Positions 36,858-46,631 of a stretch of 64,000 nt of DNA are shown here, piece by piece (positions within the stretch are counted from its first letter, which is position 1; each line of letters opens with the position of its first letter). Under the pieces are notes generated by a model. That model had not been told where the DNA came from. It did no database searches and saw only the letters and a list, made by a program, of their open reading frames with translations. The stretch comes from Elusimicrobiota bacterium (lineage in GTDB: Bacteria; CG03; SLGR01; JAFGSA01): the NCBI GenBank assembly GCA_016934855.1, contig JAFGSA010000024.1:44472-108471 (forward strand), written 5' to 3'. The translations under genes and the position numbers were made by a program.

Positions 36858-38311
36858 TGTGCCGACGGCATTTTAGTATTACTGATATAACGATATAAGG
36901 CTTCTCCTACTATCCTGTTCCCCAGAGAAGTCCAATGTCCGTCATATGAATAGTATAAATCTCCTGATCGTTCTTCGGCCGCTTTTTTTAATACAGAATT
37001 TAAATCAAAATATTCGATCCCTTTTCCTGCGCAATACATCTTTATCCTTTCCTCCAGTCCTCCGAGCGGTATTATCGCATCTGCAAACATATAACACCTT
37101 CTCCCCACTTTATTTTCGGTTTTAGATATATTCCACCCGAACGGAACTAGTGTCACGATTAACCTGATGTTCTTTTCCTTAAGTATCACGGCTATTTTAT
37201 CCAGATAACCCAGGCTCAGGTTAATATTGTTTTTTGTCCCCTCCTCCCATAATGAAACAGGACGCGACATCCTTATTATATCCTTTACGGTGTTTTTTCT
37301 CCTGTGAGGAGGCAACATTTTATTCATTTTCTTTTCAAATCCTGAAATTTCGGCCGACAGCAGAAAATCGACTTCATCCTGCGTTAATTGTTCTGTAAAA
37401 TACCTCTCTTTAAAAAAGGGAATCACATTCCGGCGGATGAATCTAAAAAGCCGGATACCCGGCACGCCTCTTCCTTCCATGCTCCTGTCTGCAGGAACAT
37501 TGAATTTCACGGGAATAGAATTCTCATCAAATACAGCCTTTTTCGTAAGATTCACATCTGCCCTTGAAACGTGCGGACCATGAAAATCATTCTGGCACAA
37601 GAAGAGCACAACAGTATCCGGCTCCAGGGTCAACCCTTTTTTATTAAGCCAATTCAATTCCAACAATGGACTCCAGCCGCCCATTCCGTGAGAAATTACC
37701 TCATATCCGTTGTCAAGCATCCCCTGTAATACCTGCCCTGCTGACCCCCCATATCCTACTTCTTCAGCCTGGATAAAGGAATCACCCAGCATAAGCACCC
37801 TCCTTTTCCCTGGCTCTTTCCTTCCTATCTCAGGTCCGCGTATACTGATGCTGTTTATATGATTCACTACAGACTTCATTTTATCCGCCGCAGAAAAAGC
37901 CCTCCGGATAAATACCTGACTAGGCCTGTAATCAAAATAATATTCAGGAGAATATATATATATACTTTCTCCGTCTTCATTAATGTTGTCTTTCTGTACT
38001 CTCTTTTCAGCGATCCTGGTCATTATTTCGAGCATTATAATAAGCGCGAGTATCGAAACAGCCGCATAATAGAAGAACTGCAACTTTATTCTCTTCCTTA
38101 AAAGCACTAATACAGTGCCTGAGAACAAGAAGATCAGATTAAACATCCTTATGATAAATATATGGAGCATAGAAGAAATCCTGCCGTCAGGTGAAAACAA
38201 CTCCATAAGCACCCATTCATTTAATAACGTACCGGACAATATTATAAACACACCCATTACCAGGATTACACGTTCTGTGTTCTTTGTTTTTTTATCAGCG
38301 TTGTCTGCCAT
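36854..38311 (-). CDS. Membrane-anchored SGNH/GDSL family protein (possible O-acyltransferase or esterase)
   Basis: N-terminal TM helices; LGDSF (Ser), ND block and DGHW (Asp-His). Confidence 0.8.
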   Translation of the reverse strand: MADNADKKTKNTERVILVMGVFIILSGTLLNEWVLMELFSPDGRISSMLHIFIIRMFNLIFLFSGTVLVLLRKRIKLQFFYYAAVSILALIIMLEIMTRIAEKRVQKDNINEDGESIYIYSPEYYFDYRPSQVFIRRAFSAADKMKSVVNHINSISIRGPEIGRKEPGKRRVLMLGDSFIQAEEVGYGGSAGQVLQGMLDNGYEVISHGMGGWSPLLELNWLNKKGLTLEPDTVVLFLCQNDFHGPHVSRADVNLTKKAVFDENSIPVKFNVPADRSMEGRGVPGIRLFRFIRRNVIPFFKERYFTEQLTQDEVDFLLSAEISGFEKKMNKMLPPHRRKNTVKDIIRMSRPVSLWEEGTKNNINLSLGYLDKIAVILKEKNIRLIVTLVPFGWNISKTENKVGRRCYMFADAIIPLGGLEERIKMYCAGKGIEYFDLNSVLKKAAEERSGDLYYSYDGHWTSLGNRIVGEALYRYISNTKMPSAQ

Positions 38312-39063
38312 TATAACTTCTTGCGGTCCTGCCTAAGAGAATCATACCACTTAACTACATCTTTAATTCCAAAGTCAGGATTCGAAGGGTAAAGATCCCT
38401 GTATAATCCAGCTATGAATTCATATTCCTTTTCCGTATCCACCGCCAGCCTTATATCGGGCCTGCGGATATTTTCAGGGCACCGGACCGTTCCCACTGTA
38501 TATTTCTGCGGATCAGGCAGTTCATTCCTATAATAGTCATAAAAATAAAGCGTCAGGTGCTCTTTCAGCCTGGTGTTGCCCTCATCTCTCCATATTTCCT
38601 CCAGGATATCCATACTGAACACCTCCGCACCGATACCTTCCGGGTAGCCGTTTCCCATGATATTGCAGAGATTTGATGAGAAATCATTCCCGTTATCCAG
38701 ATGATGTTTTATCATCCTGTCTATCTCGCCTGGCTCGGGGACAGGATTATCAGCAGGGAACCTGACTATAACATCCGCATCATATGCCTTGGCGGCAAGG
38801 TATATTCTGTCTACAACATCATTCTCGGAACCGCGGTATAAACCCGTATTGTATTCCGCCGCAAGCCCGCTCAATCCGTCGTCAGCCGCCGAATCCGTCG
38901 TAGCGAGGACGATACCGTCGGGCACCTGACACCTCTTGAGCCTTTCTATGATACGGCCGGTGAGAGGGGCTCCGGACAGGTCCATCATCGACTTGCCCGG
39001 CAGGCGTTCTGAACCCATCCTGGCCTGTATTATCGTTATTATTTTACCTTTTATCTTATACAT
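38311..39063 (-). CDS. SpsF-type cytidylyltransferase
   Basis: IIQARMGSERLPGK, RGSENDV, ADNP, EHLT, RLAVDT. Confidence 0.88.
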   Translation of the reverse strand: MYKIKGKIITIIQARMGSERLPGKSMMDLSGAPLTGRIIERLKRCQVPDGIVLATTDSAADDGLSGLAAEYNTGLYRGSENDVVDRIYLAAKAYDADVIVRFPADNPVPEPGEIDRMIKHHLDNGNDFSSNLCNIMGNGYPEGIGAEVFSMDILEEIWRDEGNTRLKEHLTLYFYDYYRNELPDPQKYTVGTVRCPENIRRPDIRLAVDTEKEYEFIAGLYRDLYPSNPDFGIKDVVKWYDSLRQDRKKL

Positions 39064-40117
39064 CTCCCTTCTTTTTCACGGGGGCTATGGACACCCGGCA
39101 GTTCCGGCACGCAAGTGTCTGGGATTCAACCGGGCCATTTACCGTACTACGTATCTCCTGCATATTCTTGCCGTTCCATATATCATAGACTGACTCCCTG
39201 TAAACATTTCCCACTATGTTCTCGTACCAGTTACAGCAGGAGAGCGCATCCCCGTTGCCTTTTATCAGCATGCGCCTGAACGGGGCGGCGCATCTGAATC
39301 CGGACGAGACTTCTTCGTCATACAGGCGGAGAGTCTCCTCTTTCTCTTCGTAATGAGGGTTTATTCCTACACATGGATTCATAAAACTCTGTATACCGAC
39401 GTAATCGACCCTGTCTATCCAGTAATCCGCAAACTGTTCGACCTCGTCTTTATTTATCTTGTTACGCACGAACGAGACACGCGTTACGGGAAGCTGTTTT
39501 TCCATTTCCTGTTTAATTTCCAGAAAACGGTTTATCTTCTTCACGACACTATCCAGGTCGCCGCCCCTGAGTTTCGCATACGTCTCTTTCCTGAAGGCAT
39601 CCAGTGAAAACATTATACGGGTCAGCCCTGATTCTACGAGCTTGTAAGAAAGATCTTCCGTAAGAAGATGGCCGTTTGTAGTTATCATGATATCTACGAC
39701 ATTGGCTGCCTTTATATACACAATATCATCTATTACTGATCTGCTAAGCAGGGGTTCGCAATGCGGCCCGTTAAGCGCTACCGAATACAGGTTGTGGGTG
39801 CGCCCATCATCGATTACACGCCTGAAAATATCGTCACTCAGCTTCTGTCCGGTGTTTCCCCATGAGCGCACATGTTCCTCAGGCAGGTCGTGGATGCAGG
39901 TCCTGCATTTGAGGTTGCAGCCGAACTGCCTTTCTATATCAATATGCACTGGAAAATCCTGTGGAAGGACACATCCTGCCGCCTTGTCCCATTTCTCCCG
40001 GTATTCGCTGAATCGTCCGCCCAGTTCGCGCGCAAGAAGTTCGTTCAGATCCCCTTCCCGGGCCTTTAACCTTATTATATTGGCATCCTGCTGCTTCCAG
40101 GTTTTTTTCTCGCTCAT
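39056..40117 (-). CDS. Radical SAM / SPASM (twitch) domain protein
   Basis: GCNLKCRTC; C-terminal CAAPF...G.ALSCC...GNV...IWNG...CRNC. Start moved to ATG 40117. Confidence 0.88.
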   Translation of the reverse strand: MSEKKTWKQQDANIIRLKAREGDLNELLARELGGRFSEYREKWDKAAGCVLPQDFPVHIDIERQFGCNLKCRTCIHDLPEEHVRSWGNTGQKLSDDIFRRVIDDGRTHNLYSVALNGPHCEPLLSRSVIDDIVYIKAANVVDIMITTNGHLLTEDLSYKLVESGLTRIMFSLDAFRKETYAKLRGGDLDSVVKKINRFLEIKQEMEKQLPVTRVSFVRNKINKDEVEQFADYWIDRVDYVGIQSFMNPCVGINPHYEEKEETLRLYDEEVSSGFRCAAPFRRMLIKGNGDALSCCNWYENIVGNVYRESVYDIWNGKNMQEIRSTVNGPVESQTLACRNCRVSIAPVKKKGDV

Positions 40118-40151
40118 TGCATATCCCTTTCTTCTCCGCAGATACGCAGCA

Positions 40152-41000
40152 TCATTCGGCATCCTCCGCAGGACGCCAGTAACGCAGCTTATTGGCCACC
40201 TTTCGCTCTTTTTCACCGAAAACTTTTTTACCGTCTCCCAGGAGCATCGGAAGTCTTCTTATATCCCTCACTACATAATGCAGGCCGTGTTCTTCCAGAG
40301 ACGCCGCCTGGTCGGAACCGTACATGGTGCGATTTACCGTTATATGACGCTCTATTGCTACAGCGCCCATGGTTACTGCAAGTACCGAAGCCAGAATACC
40401 TGTTTCATGCCCGCTGTACCCCACTTCACATTTATATCTGTCTTTTAACGTTTTAATACAAGACAGGTTAAGCTCGTCATCGGCTGCCGGATATACCGAA
40501 ACGCAATGCATTAACACGAATGGGCATTTTTTCTTTTTAAAAACATCCACTACCCGGTCAATATCTTCCAGGGTCGACATACCGGTGGCGATAAAAGTCT
40601 TCTTCCCTTCGGCCGCGACCGCTTCGACAAACTCCATATGGGTAAGCATGGTAGAAGCTATCTTGTTATATTTGAGATTATACTGACGGAGAAACTCAAG
40701 AGACGCGATATCCCAGGCGGAAGCGAACCATTCTATCCCTATCTCTTTGCAGTACCGGTCGATCTCGTCATATTGCTTCTTCCCGAATTCCAGCCCTTCT
40801 TTCTGAGCACGCTGGGTCGTCCCCCAGGGGCTTTCCCTGTAATGGTCCAGCATTTCTTTTGTATATACCACATCTATAGTACGTTTTTGGAACTTGACCG
40901 CGTCACAGCCGTTACGCTTTGCAATATTAATGAGCTCTTTGGCAATATTGATATCTCCGTTGTGGTTAATACCCAGTTCCGCAATGATAAATACCGACAT
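40152..41000 (-). CDS. neuB: NeuB-family ulosonic acid synthase, lacking the C-terminal antifreeze-like (SAF) domain
   Basis: IIAELGINHNGD, DAVKFQKR, HCVSVYP, GYSGHE, IERHIT, GSDQAASLE. Start moved to 41000 (GGAGG upstream). Confidence 0.9.
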   Translation of the reverse strand: MSVFIIAELGINHNGDINIAKELINIAKRNGCDAVKFQKRTIDVVYTKEMLDHYRESPWGTTQRAQKEGLEFGKKQYDEIDRYCKEIGIEWFASAWDIASLEFLRQYNLKYNKIASTMLTHMEFVEAVAAEGKKTFIATGMSTLEDIDRVVDVFKKKKCPFVLMHCVSVYPAADDELNLSCIKTLKDRYKCEVGYSGHETGILASVLAVTMGAVAIERHITVNRTMYGSDQAASLEEHGLHYVVRDIRRLPMLLGDGKKVFGEKERKVANKLRYWRPAEDAE

Positions 41001-41035
41001 TTGTATACCTCCTTGCACCTGAACAGTGCCGCTTT

Positions 41036-41836
41036 TTAATATCCGGTAGGAACTCCCCAGAACTCGCACCTGGAGCATAGTTCCACTCTATTCCGCTCTC
41101 CCCTTATATGATGATCGATTATCTTCTTTCTCTTTTCCCCCGTCCATATATCTATCAAAGGCGTCTTCGTGCAGTCTCCTATCACGCCGAGACCTTTAGG
41201 ATCAAACCTGACGCATATCGAAATTTTACCGTCTTTCCTGATGACCATATGATTCAAAAGGTCAAGGCATATTCCTATTTCGGGAACCGTCGGATTTTTC
41301 GTGTATTTAAAACTCCCCATGGGTGAATGGAGTATTCTTGTCGCTATAATACAGCCGAATTTCTTATATTTTTCAACATCCACCTGCCCCAGACACCTGA
41401 TTATCACATTCGGTTTTCCGGAACCTTTTTTCTTCAAAAACTCTTCTATTATCCCATACTGGGATTCGGCTTCTTCGTCATTTTCGAATGTCGAGATTGT
41501 CAATGTATCCAGGTTGCCTATCACTTCGTCAGCTTTTTCCATCAGAAGAATAGCGTTAGTATCCATACATCTTATCTGTTTACTGAAAAGTCTTGAAGCT
41601 TCGCCGAACCGCGGGTAAAGCAGCGGCTCTCCGTTGTTATGCAGCTGGACCACTATTCCCTCAGGAAGCTGTTTTGCTACCGATTCCACGAGGCTGTACT
41701 CCATATCACCGTAATTCATCTTTATCTTGGGGTAATCCCTGTCCACCTTCCTCCTGCCGCACATCCAGCAATTCTTATTGCACCTGCTGGTAAGTTCCAC
41801 ATTTACCGTCGTTAATCCGTTAAAACACCTAATCAT
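41036..41836 (-). CDS. Radical SAM / SPASM (twitch) domain protein
   Basis: ELTSRCNKNCWMC, GEPLL, C-terminal C...C...CSRC. Confidence 0.88.
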   Translation of the reverse strand: MIRCFNGLTTVNVELTSRCNKNCWMCGRRKVDRDYPKIKMNYGDMEYSLVESVAKQLPEGIVVQLHNNGEPLLYPRFGEASRLFSKQIRCMDTNAILLMEKADEVIGNLDTLTISTFENDEEAESQYGIIEEFLKKKGSGKPNVIIRCLGQVDVEKYKKFGCIIATRILHSPMGSFKYTKNPTVPEIGICLDLLNHMVIRKDGKISICVRFDPKGLGVIGDCTKTPLIDIWTGEKRKKIIDHHIRGERNRVELCSRCEFWGVPTGY

Positions 41837-42813
41837 TTACTGAACCTGTATGGTGTTGCTGCGGATGTCCCCTTTCCCGCATCTATTTCCTTATTGAATT
41901 TTTTTATCTGGGCAACTATATCGACCCCGACATTTTTACCCCATTTGTCCAGTAACCGCCTTGTAGTTTTCCCCATTTTACCGTCGCCTATAGTGATCCC
42001 GTTAAGCGAAGTAACCGGGAGAAGGCAGAAAGGAGTTCCGGTCATGAATGCTTCATCTGCAGTATGGACATCGTATGGTTCTATATTATTTTCAATACAG
42101 TCTACTTTCAATTCTCCGGCAAGCTCGAATATATATTTTCTGCTTATCCCGCGCAGTATATTCCTTCCTTCCGGCGTTATCAGCCTTCCATCTTTGACAA
42201 TGAAAAAATTATCTCCGGTACCCTCGGCTATATACCCGTCGGGATCGAGTAACAGCGCCCAGTTGTTCTCGCCTTCATACTGAGATACTTCAATGTTTGC
42301 CATCTGGTAATGAAGGCGGCTCCTGTTCTTTATCTTGGGATCCAGGAGGTTTCCCGGAATCGCCCTCTGCGAAGGTATAACCGCGTTGATGCCGTCATCA
42401 AACAGCTTCCCCATCCCGGCGACCGTCCATTTCAGCGGAAAGTCAGCTATTACCACCGTCGGCTCGATCTTCCGGTCGAAAACATGCGCATATATACCCA
42501 GCGGGCCACGGCTCACGTTTATCATCAGCCGGTGTTCGTCGGACGCGGAAAATAACGGATCATTTTTATCTATGACCTCATAACAGGTCTTTTCCATGTC
42601 TTTCATAGATATCCCGAGCGGTATCCTCAGTATCTTTATTCCCGCATACAGTCTTTCGAGATGCTCGCTTAATTTAAACTGTTTTTTGCCGAAAGACCTC
42701 GTCATTTCAAATACCATATCTCCAAACATCAATGCCGAATCATATATAGATATATTCGCTTCCTTTTCGGGCACATATTTCCCGTTTATCCATACTAACC
42801 TAGTATCCTTCAC
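41833..42813 (-). CDS. PLP fold-type IV aminotransferase (IlvE/D-amino acid aminotransferase-like)
   Basis: FGDMVFEMTR, HLERL, KIKNRSR, AEGTGDNFF, ILRGISR, DEAFMTGT; GTG start with AGGAGG RBS. Confidence 0.88.
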   Translation of the reverse strand: MKDTRLVWINGKYVPEKEANISIYDSALMFGDMVFEMTRSFGKKQFKLSEHLERLYAGIKILRIPLGISMKDMEKTCYEVIDKNDPLFSASDEHRLMINVSRGPLGIYAHVFDRKIEPTVVIADFPLKWTVAGMGKLFDDGINAVIPSQRAIPGNLLDPKIKNRSRLHYQMANIEVSQYEGENNWALLLDPDGYIAEGTGDNFFIVKDGRLITPEGRNILRGISRKYIFELAGELKVDCIENNIEPYDVHTADEAFMTGTPFCLLPVTSLNGITIGDGKMGKTTRRLLDKWGKNVGVDIVAQIKKFNKEIDAGKGTSAATPYRFSK

Positions 42814-42870
42814 ATCGGCCTCCTTTTCAATTTATTTTTATACTCTCAGAAGAACACTGAGTCTTATCTT

Positions 42871-43998
42871 TCATGACAGCATTCTTTCGAGTTCCTCATA
42901 TGACTGTGGAAAAAGAATCTGTCCTCCCGATGCCGCGCTGAAATAATCCTTGAGTTTCGCTTTAGTGACGGTATCGGTCCATTCCAAAAGGTCCATAAGT
43001 GATATAACTTTTACCTGCTTCATCGCTGCTGCCGTCAGTAGAGATACCGATACTACCGACAGCACCGCTTTATTTATATTGCCGAATGTGAGTTCAGCCG
43101 GTATATATGCCGGGACGTCTTCCCATGCGGCAAAATATCTACTGAATTCTCCGCGCGCGGTCTTGCTGTCGCTGCGCGCCAGCGGATGCGCTTTCATCAG
43201 TGCTTTTTCTTTTAACGCCGCGATCTCTTCGTACATCTTTTTTATTGAATCTTCTGTTATCCATATAAGCAGGTCTGAATCTATAAAAAGATAATCGTAT
43301 TCTCCATCTATAACCCTGTTGTTCCTGATGGCTTCCATCTGTATTTCAATGTGGTCTTTGTCCGCGGCCAGTTCATCTATGCCGTACTTGAGCCTGAATT
43401 TCTCTATATCCACTCCCGTCGTTACTTTCCAACCCTGGAATCCCTCATACAATACAAGGTTCAATCCGAATACCATATTTTCCATGCATTTTATTACCAC
43501 AGTATCCCTGTAGTTGAACTGCCTGGCACTGTGTTTTGTAAAAGGCCTGCATTCCGCGTCAGTAAGCCCGGGGCGGCGGTAATAAACGCGGCATTTCTTC
43601 GAGAGTTTTTTAGCCAGATACAATTGAAAATAATCCATCACATGACTGTAGAAAATAAACGAATCATCGCGGGTTACGGCAAGTTCGCGCACAAGGACGT
43701 TCAATCTTTTTTTTGCATCGATCAGGATTTTTAAACATACGGGTATCCTGGACAGCGCTTTAGCGGATCTTATAATATTCTTTTTAAATACTTCCAAGGA
43801 AAACGGCTTCGGAATAAGAGGATACGGAAACCCCAGGTTTAATCCCCGGCGGCTTATATACTTATGCTCGATACCCATATGCCCGCACAGTTCCGTCACG
43901 GCTTTGTTGTGCGTTATTATGCATATAGGCTCTCCCTTGCTTTTCAGGTACAGAGCTACCAGAAAAGACGTATGCGCGGCGCAGAAAAAATAATTCAT
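42871..43998 (-). CDS. Putative CMP-ulosonic acid (sialyl-type) transferase, GT-B
   Basis: KAHP, YIPAEL and VVSVSL in the C-terminal domain, as in bacterial sialyltransferases; coupled to neuA. Confidence 0.55.
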   Translation of the reverse strand: MNYFFCAAHTSFLVALYLKSKGEPICIITHNKAVTELCGHMGIEHKYISRRGLNLGFPYPLIPKPFSLEVFKKNIIRSAKALSRIPVCLKILIDAKKRLNVLVRELAVTRDDSFIFYSHVMDYFQLYLAKKLSKKCRVYYRRPGLTDAECRPFTKHSARQFNYRDTVVIKCMENMVFGLNLVLYEGFQGWKVTTGVDIEKFRLKYGIDELAADKDHIEIQMEAIRNNRVIDGEYDYLFIDSDLLIWITEDSIKKMYEEIAALKEKALMKAHPLARSDSKTARGEFSRYFAAWEDVPAYIPAELTFGNINKAVLSVVSVSLLTAAAMKQVKVISLMDLLEWTDTVTKAKLKDYFSAASGGQILFPQSYEELERMLS

Positions 43999-44723
43999 CC
44001 CTTCCTCCTCGTCTTTATATCCCTGCAGCTATCCAGCAGTTTCCGGATGAAATACCATTCGCATATCTCTTCATTTTCCATATTATCTATTTCCCAGGCC
44101 TGCCAGAATTCCATCCCGTAAGTACTTATCTTCCCCCCGAGCCTGTTTTTATATTCGAACAAGATTTCCGGTTTAAATACGTAGATCGAACCGTTTTCGA
44201 CATACTGCGCCTTTCGGTCCTGCCGTCTGCCGCGGTTCCTGTAATCATAATTGAAACTGCGGTAAATCCCGTCCTTTTCCTCCCATATCAGGAAATCATC
44301 GAGCTTGGCGGAAGAAAAAAGCGAATCCGCCCCGGCTTTAATTAACTTTTCAACGGCATTGTCTATGTCGGACAGATATCTCAGAGGGGATGTAGCCTGA
44401 AGGAACACGACCAGGTCTATCTTGTCGGCGGTCTTTATATTCCCCAGGGCATGAATGAGCGCATCTTCCGAAGAGGCCGTATCAGAGGACAGTTCCGCGG
44501 GGCGCTCTATGGCGGACGCGCCGTAACTTTCGGAAACAGAAAGTATCTCGCTGCTGTCCGAAGTTACATATATTTCTTTTACACAGCAGCTCGACCCGGC
44601 CTGGAGTATGGACCAGGCTATAAGCGGCTTCCCGCAGAAATCCATGATATTTTTGCCCGGGATACTTTTTGACCCTCCACGGGCCGGTATTATGGCAACA
44701 ACGTTTATATCATCTTTCTTCAT
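43995..44723 (-). CDS. neuA: Acylneuraminate cytidylyltransferase (CMP-ulosonic acid synthetase)
   Basis: IIPARGGSKSIPGKN, LQATSPLR, RRQD, ENGSIY, EID. Confidence 0.92.
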   Translation of the reverse strand: MKKDDINVVAIIPARGGSKSIPGKNIMDFCGKPLIAWSILQAGSSCCVKEIYVTSDSSEILSVSESYGASAIERPAELSSDTASSEDALIHALGNIKTADKIDLVVFLQATSPLRYLSDIDNAVEKLIKAGADSLFSSAKLDDFLIWEEKDGIYRSFNYDYRNRGRRQDRKAQYVENGSIYVFKPEILFEYKNRLGGKISTYGMEFWQAWEIDNMENEEICEWYFIRKLLDSCRDIKTRRKG

Positions 44724-44730
44724 TTTTTCC

Positions 44731-45936
44731 TTAGGCCGGTACGGCCCCCAGAATATCCTCTACCATTGCATCCGATTTTCCCCGCAGTATTTCCAAGGAA
44801 TAACTGATCCTGGAATTATTTACGGCTTCTTTCTTAAGATTTTCCAGTCTTTGTCTGTCGATTACAAGGCTTTTAAGGACATCTGCAAGACCTTTTTCAT
44901 CTTCATACGATAAATACGATGTTATGAATTCGTCCTGTATATTATACCATCCCGGTACTATTGCCGGTTTGCCGTATTTTATGGTATCCGAAACCAGCCC
45001 TGCCGGGCCCGAGTATGAATATATCTCCCTCTTTCCTCTCGCCCCGCAGTACATGTGCATCGGAGATATTATAACGTCTGCCCTGCGGAACGCTTCGTCA
45101 AACTGGCCGGGAGACAGGTATGCGCTGTAATATGTGATGCTGTAGCCCCGGCTTTTCAGCTCCTCGCAAAAAGAGACTACCTTTTCTCCGTATTCGCCTA
45201 CCGGCCGACCCAGAAGACACAATTCCACTTCATTCTTATATTCGCTCAGGTACTTCTCAAAAACCCGCAGGACGAGCAGATAGTCTCTTCTTATGTCTTG
45301 TATCATGCCCGGCACGACGAACTTTATCCGTCCGGAAAGCCCGTCAAGTCTGCCTTCGAAGGCCGCGTGCGATAGCGCATATATCTTTTTCCTGTATCCC
45401 GTATTTTCAGCCAGCCATTTTTGCACGCCCGAATCTATAGTATATAGGGCCTCGCTCTGCCGGACAAATATCCAGGTCCTCATAGCTATTAACACATATG
45501 ACAGGATCGTTCGTATATCACCCAATCTTCGCGTTCTGACAGCCGCACGCAGAGCGTTGCCCAGAAGACGCATGGGCATCAGATAAAATATCCCCTGCGG
45601 CACCCATAAAAGCAGCCTGCATTTCGGCCAGAAGAACCAGTACACGAGATCCTTATCCAGGGACCTGATATTAAGAAGATCAATACGCTCGCTGCAGATC
45701 CGCTCTGCCCTTTTCATAAAATCCTTTTTTTTCTCATCTTTGCCCATGACGATCCACTCAAAGGAATGCCGTTCTTCTCCGAGGATTTCCCGTGCCTGCT
45801 CGTATATCCTGTCTATCGTGAACACCGTAACGCTTGTCTTATCGGTCTTTATCACGCGGCACATCTCAAGAAGCCCGTGATTGACGGCGTTTATCTCTAT
45901 GATACCCAACCTGTAAATATGCCCGTTCATCGTCAT
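44731..45936 (-). CDS. Divergent GT-B glycosyltransferase
   Basis: C-terminal GT-B features VVPG...RRDY, LLGR, ADVIISP, YGKPAIVP; locus context. Confidence 0.6.
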   Translation of the reverse strand: MTMNGHIYRLGIIEINAVNHGLLEMCRVIKTDKTSVTVFTIDRIYEQAREILGEERHSFEWIVMGKDEKKKDFMKRAERICSERIDLLNIRSLDKDLVYWFFWPKCRLLLWVPQGIFYLMPMRLLGNALRAAVRTRRLGDIRTILSYVLIAMRTWIFVRQSEALYTIDSGVQKWLAENTGYRKKIYALSHAAFEGRLDGLSGRIKFVVPGMIQDIRRDYLLVLRVFEKYLSEYKNEVELCLLGRPVGEYGEKVVSFCEELKSRGYSITYYSAYLSPGQFDEAFRRADVIISPMHMYCGARGKREIYSYSGPAGLVSDTIKYGKPAIVPGWYNIQDEFITSYLSYEDEKGLADVLKSLVIDRQRLENLKKEAVNNSRISYSLEILRGKSDAMVEDILGAVPA

Positions 45937-46622
45937 GAAAAATACCTATTGATCTTCTCGTATCTTTCGGGGGTACCGATGTCCATGAGTTCTCCTTCGC
46001 TTACATAGCCGTAACAGCCTTTTTCAATCAACGAAGGTATCACTTCGTATTCAAGGGATGTTTTTTTATTGCTTTCAATATACCCGAATATCTCTCTTTT
46101 CATGAGGTAAATACCCGCGTTAACAAATGCATCACTTATACCGGCGGATGTCTTTTCCATAAAACTGTTTATCCTGCCGTCATCATCCATTCTCACTCTT
46201 CCGGTGTCTCTTCCCCCTCCGGACCCGGTCAGCACCATACTGAGAATGCATCCCCGGGCTACATGAAAATCATAGAAGTCACGGAGCCCTGTTTTACACA
46301 ACGAATCTCCGTTTACGGCGAAAAAAGAAGGGCTTTTTATCAATGCTTCCGCGTTCTTTATCCCTCCTGCCGTGCCCAGCGGGCGTTTTTCCTCGGAAAA
46401 TACGATATCGTAGTCAAGGCCCGCAAAATAATCCCTTATCTGTTCCGCCAGATAACCTGCGCCCAGGATAAAATGCTCAAATCCCTCTCTCCTGAACTCA
46501 TCCATTATAACCTGCATAAACGCCCTTTCCCCGACAGGCATAAGCGATTTCGGTTTTTGCCCGCTCACGGAGCTGAGCCGGCTGCCCTGGCCGCCGCATA
46601 ATATCAATATATCTATATCCAT
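45933..46622 (-). CDS. hddC: D-glycero-D-manno-heptose 1-phosphate guanylyltransferase-like
   Basis: ILCGGQGSRL, PLGTAGG, NGDS, NAGIY, SLE, DIGTPERY; next to hddA. Confidence 0.82.
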   Translation of the reverse strand: MDIDILILCGGQGSRLSSVSGQKPKSLMPVGERAFMQVIMDEFRREGFEHFILGAGYLAEQIRDYFAGLDYDIVFSEEKRPLGTAGGIKNAEALIKSPSFFAVNGDSLCKTGLRDFYDFHVARGCILSMVLTGSGGGRDTGRVRMDDDGRINSFMEKTSAGISDAFVNAGIYLMKREIFGYIESNKKTSLEYEVIPSLIEKGCYGYVSEGELMDIGTPERYEKINRYFS

Positions 46623-46631
46623 ATCCTGTTT

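Noticed and set aside
42845-42861. CTCAG-N7-CTGAG inverted repeat as a terminator
   Set aside because: Only a 5-bp stem and no U-tract directly following on the coding strand.
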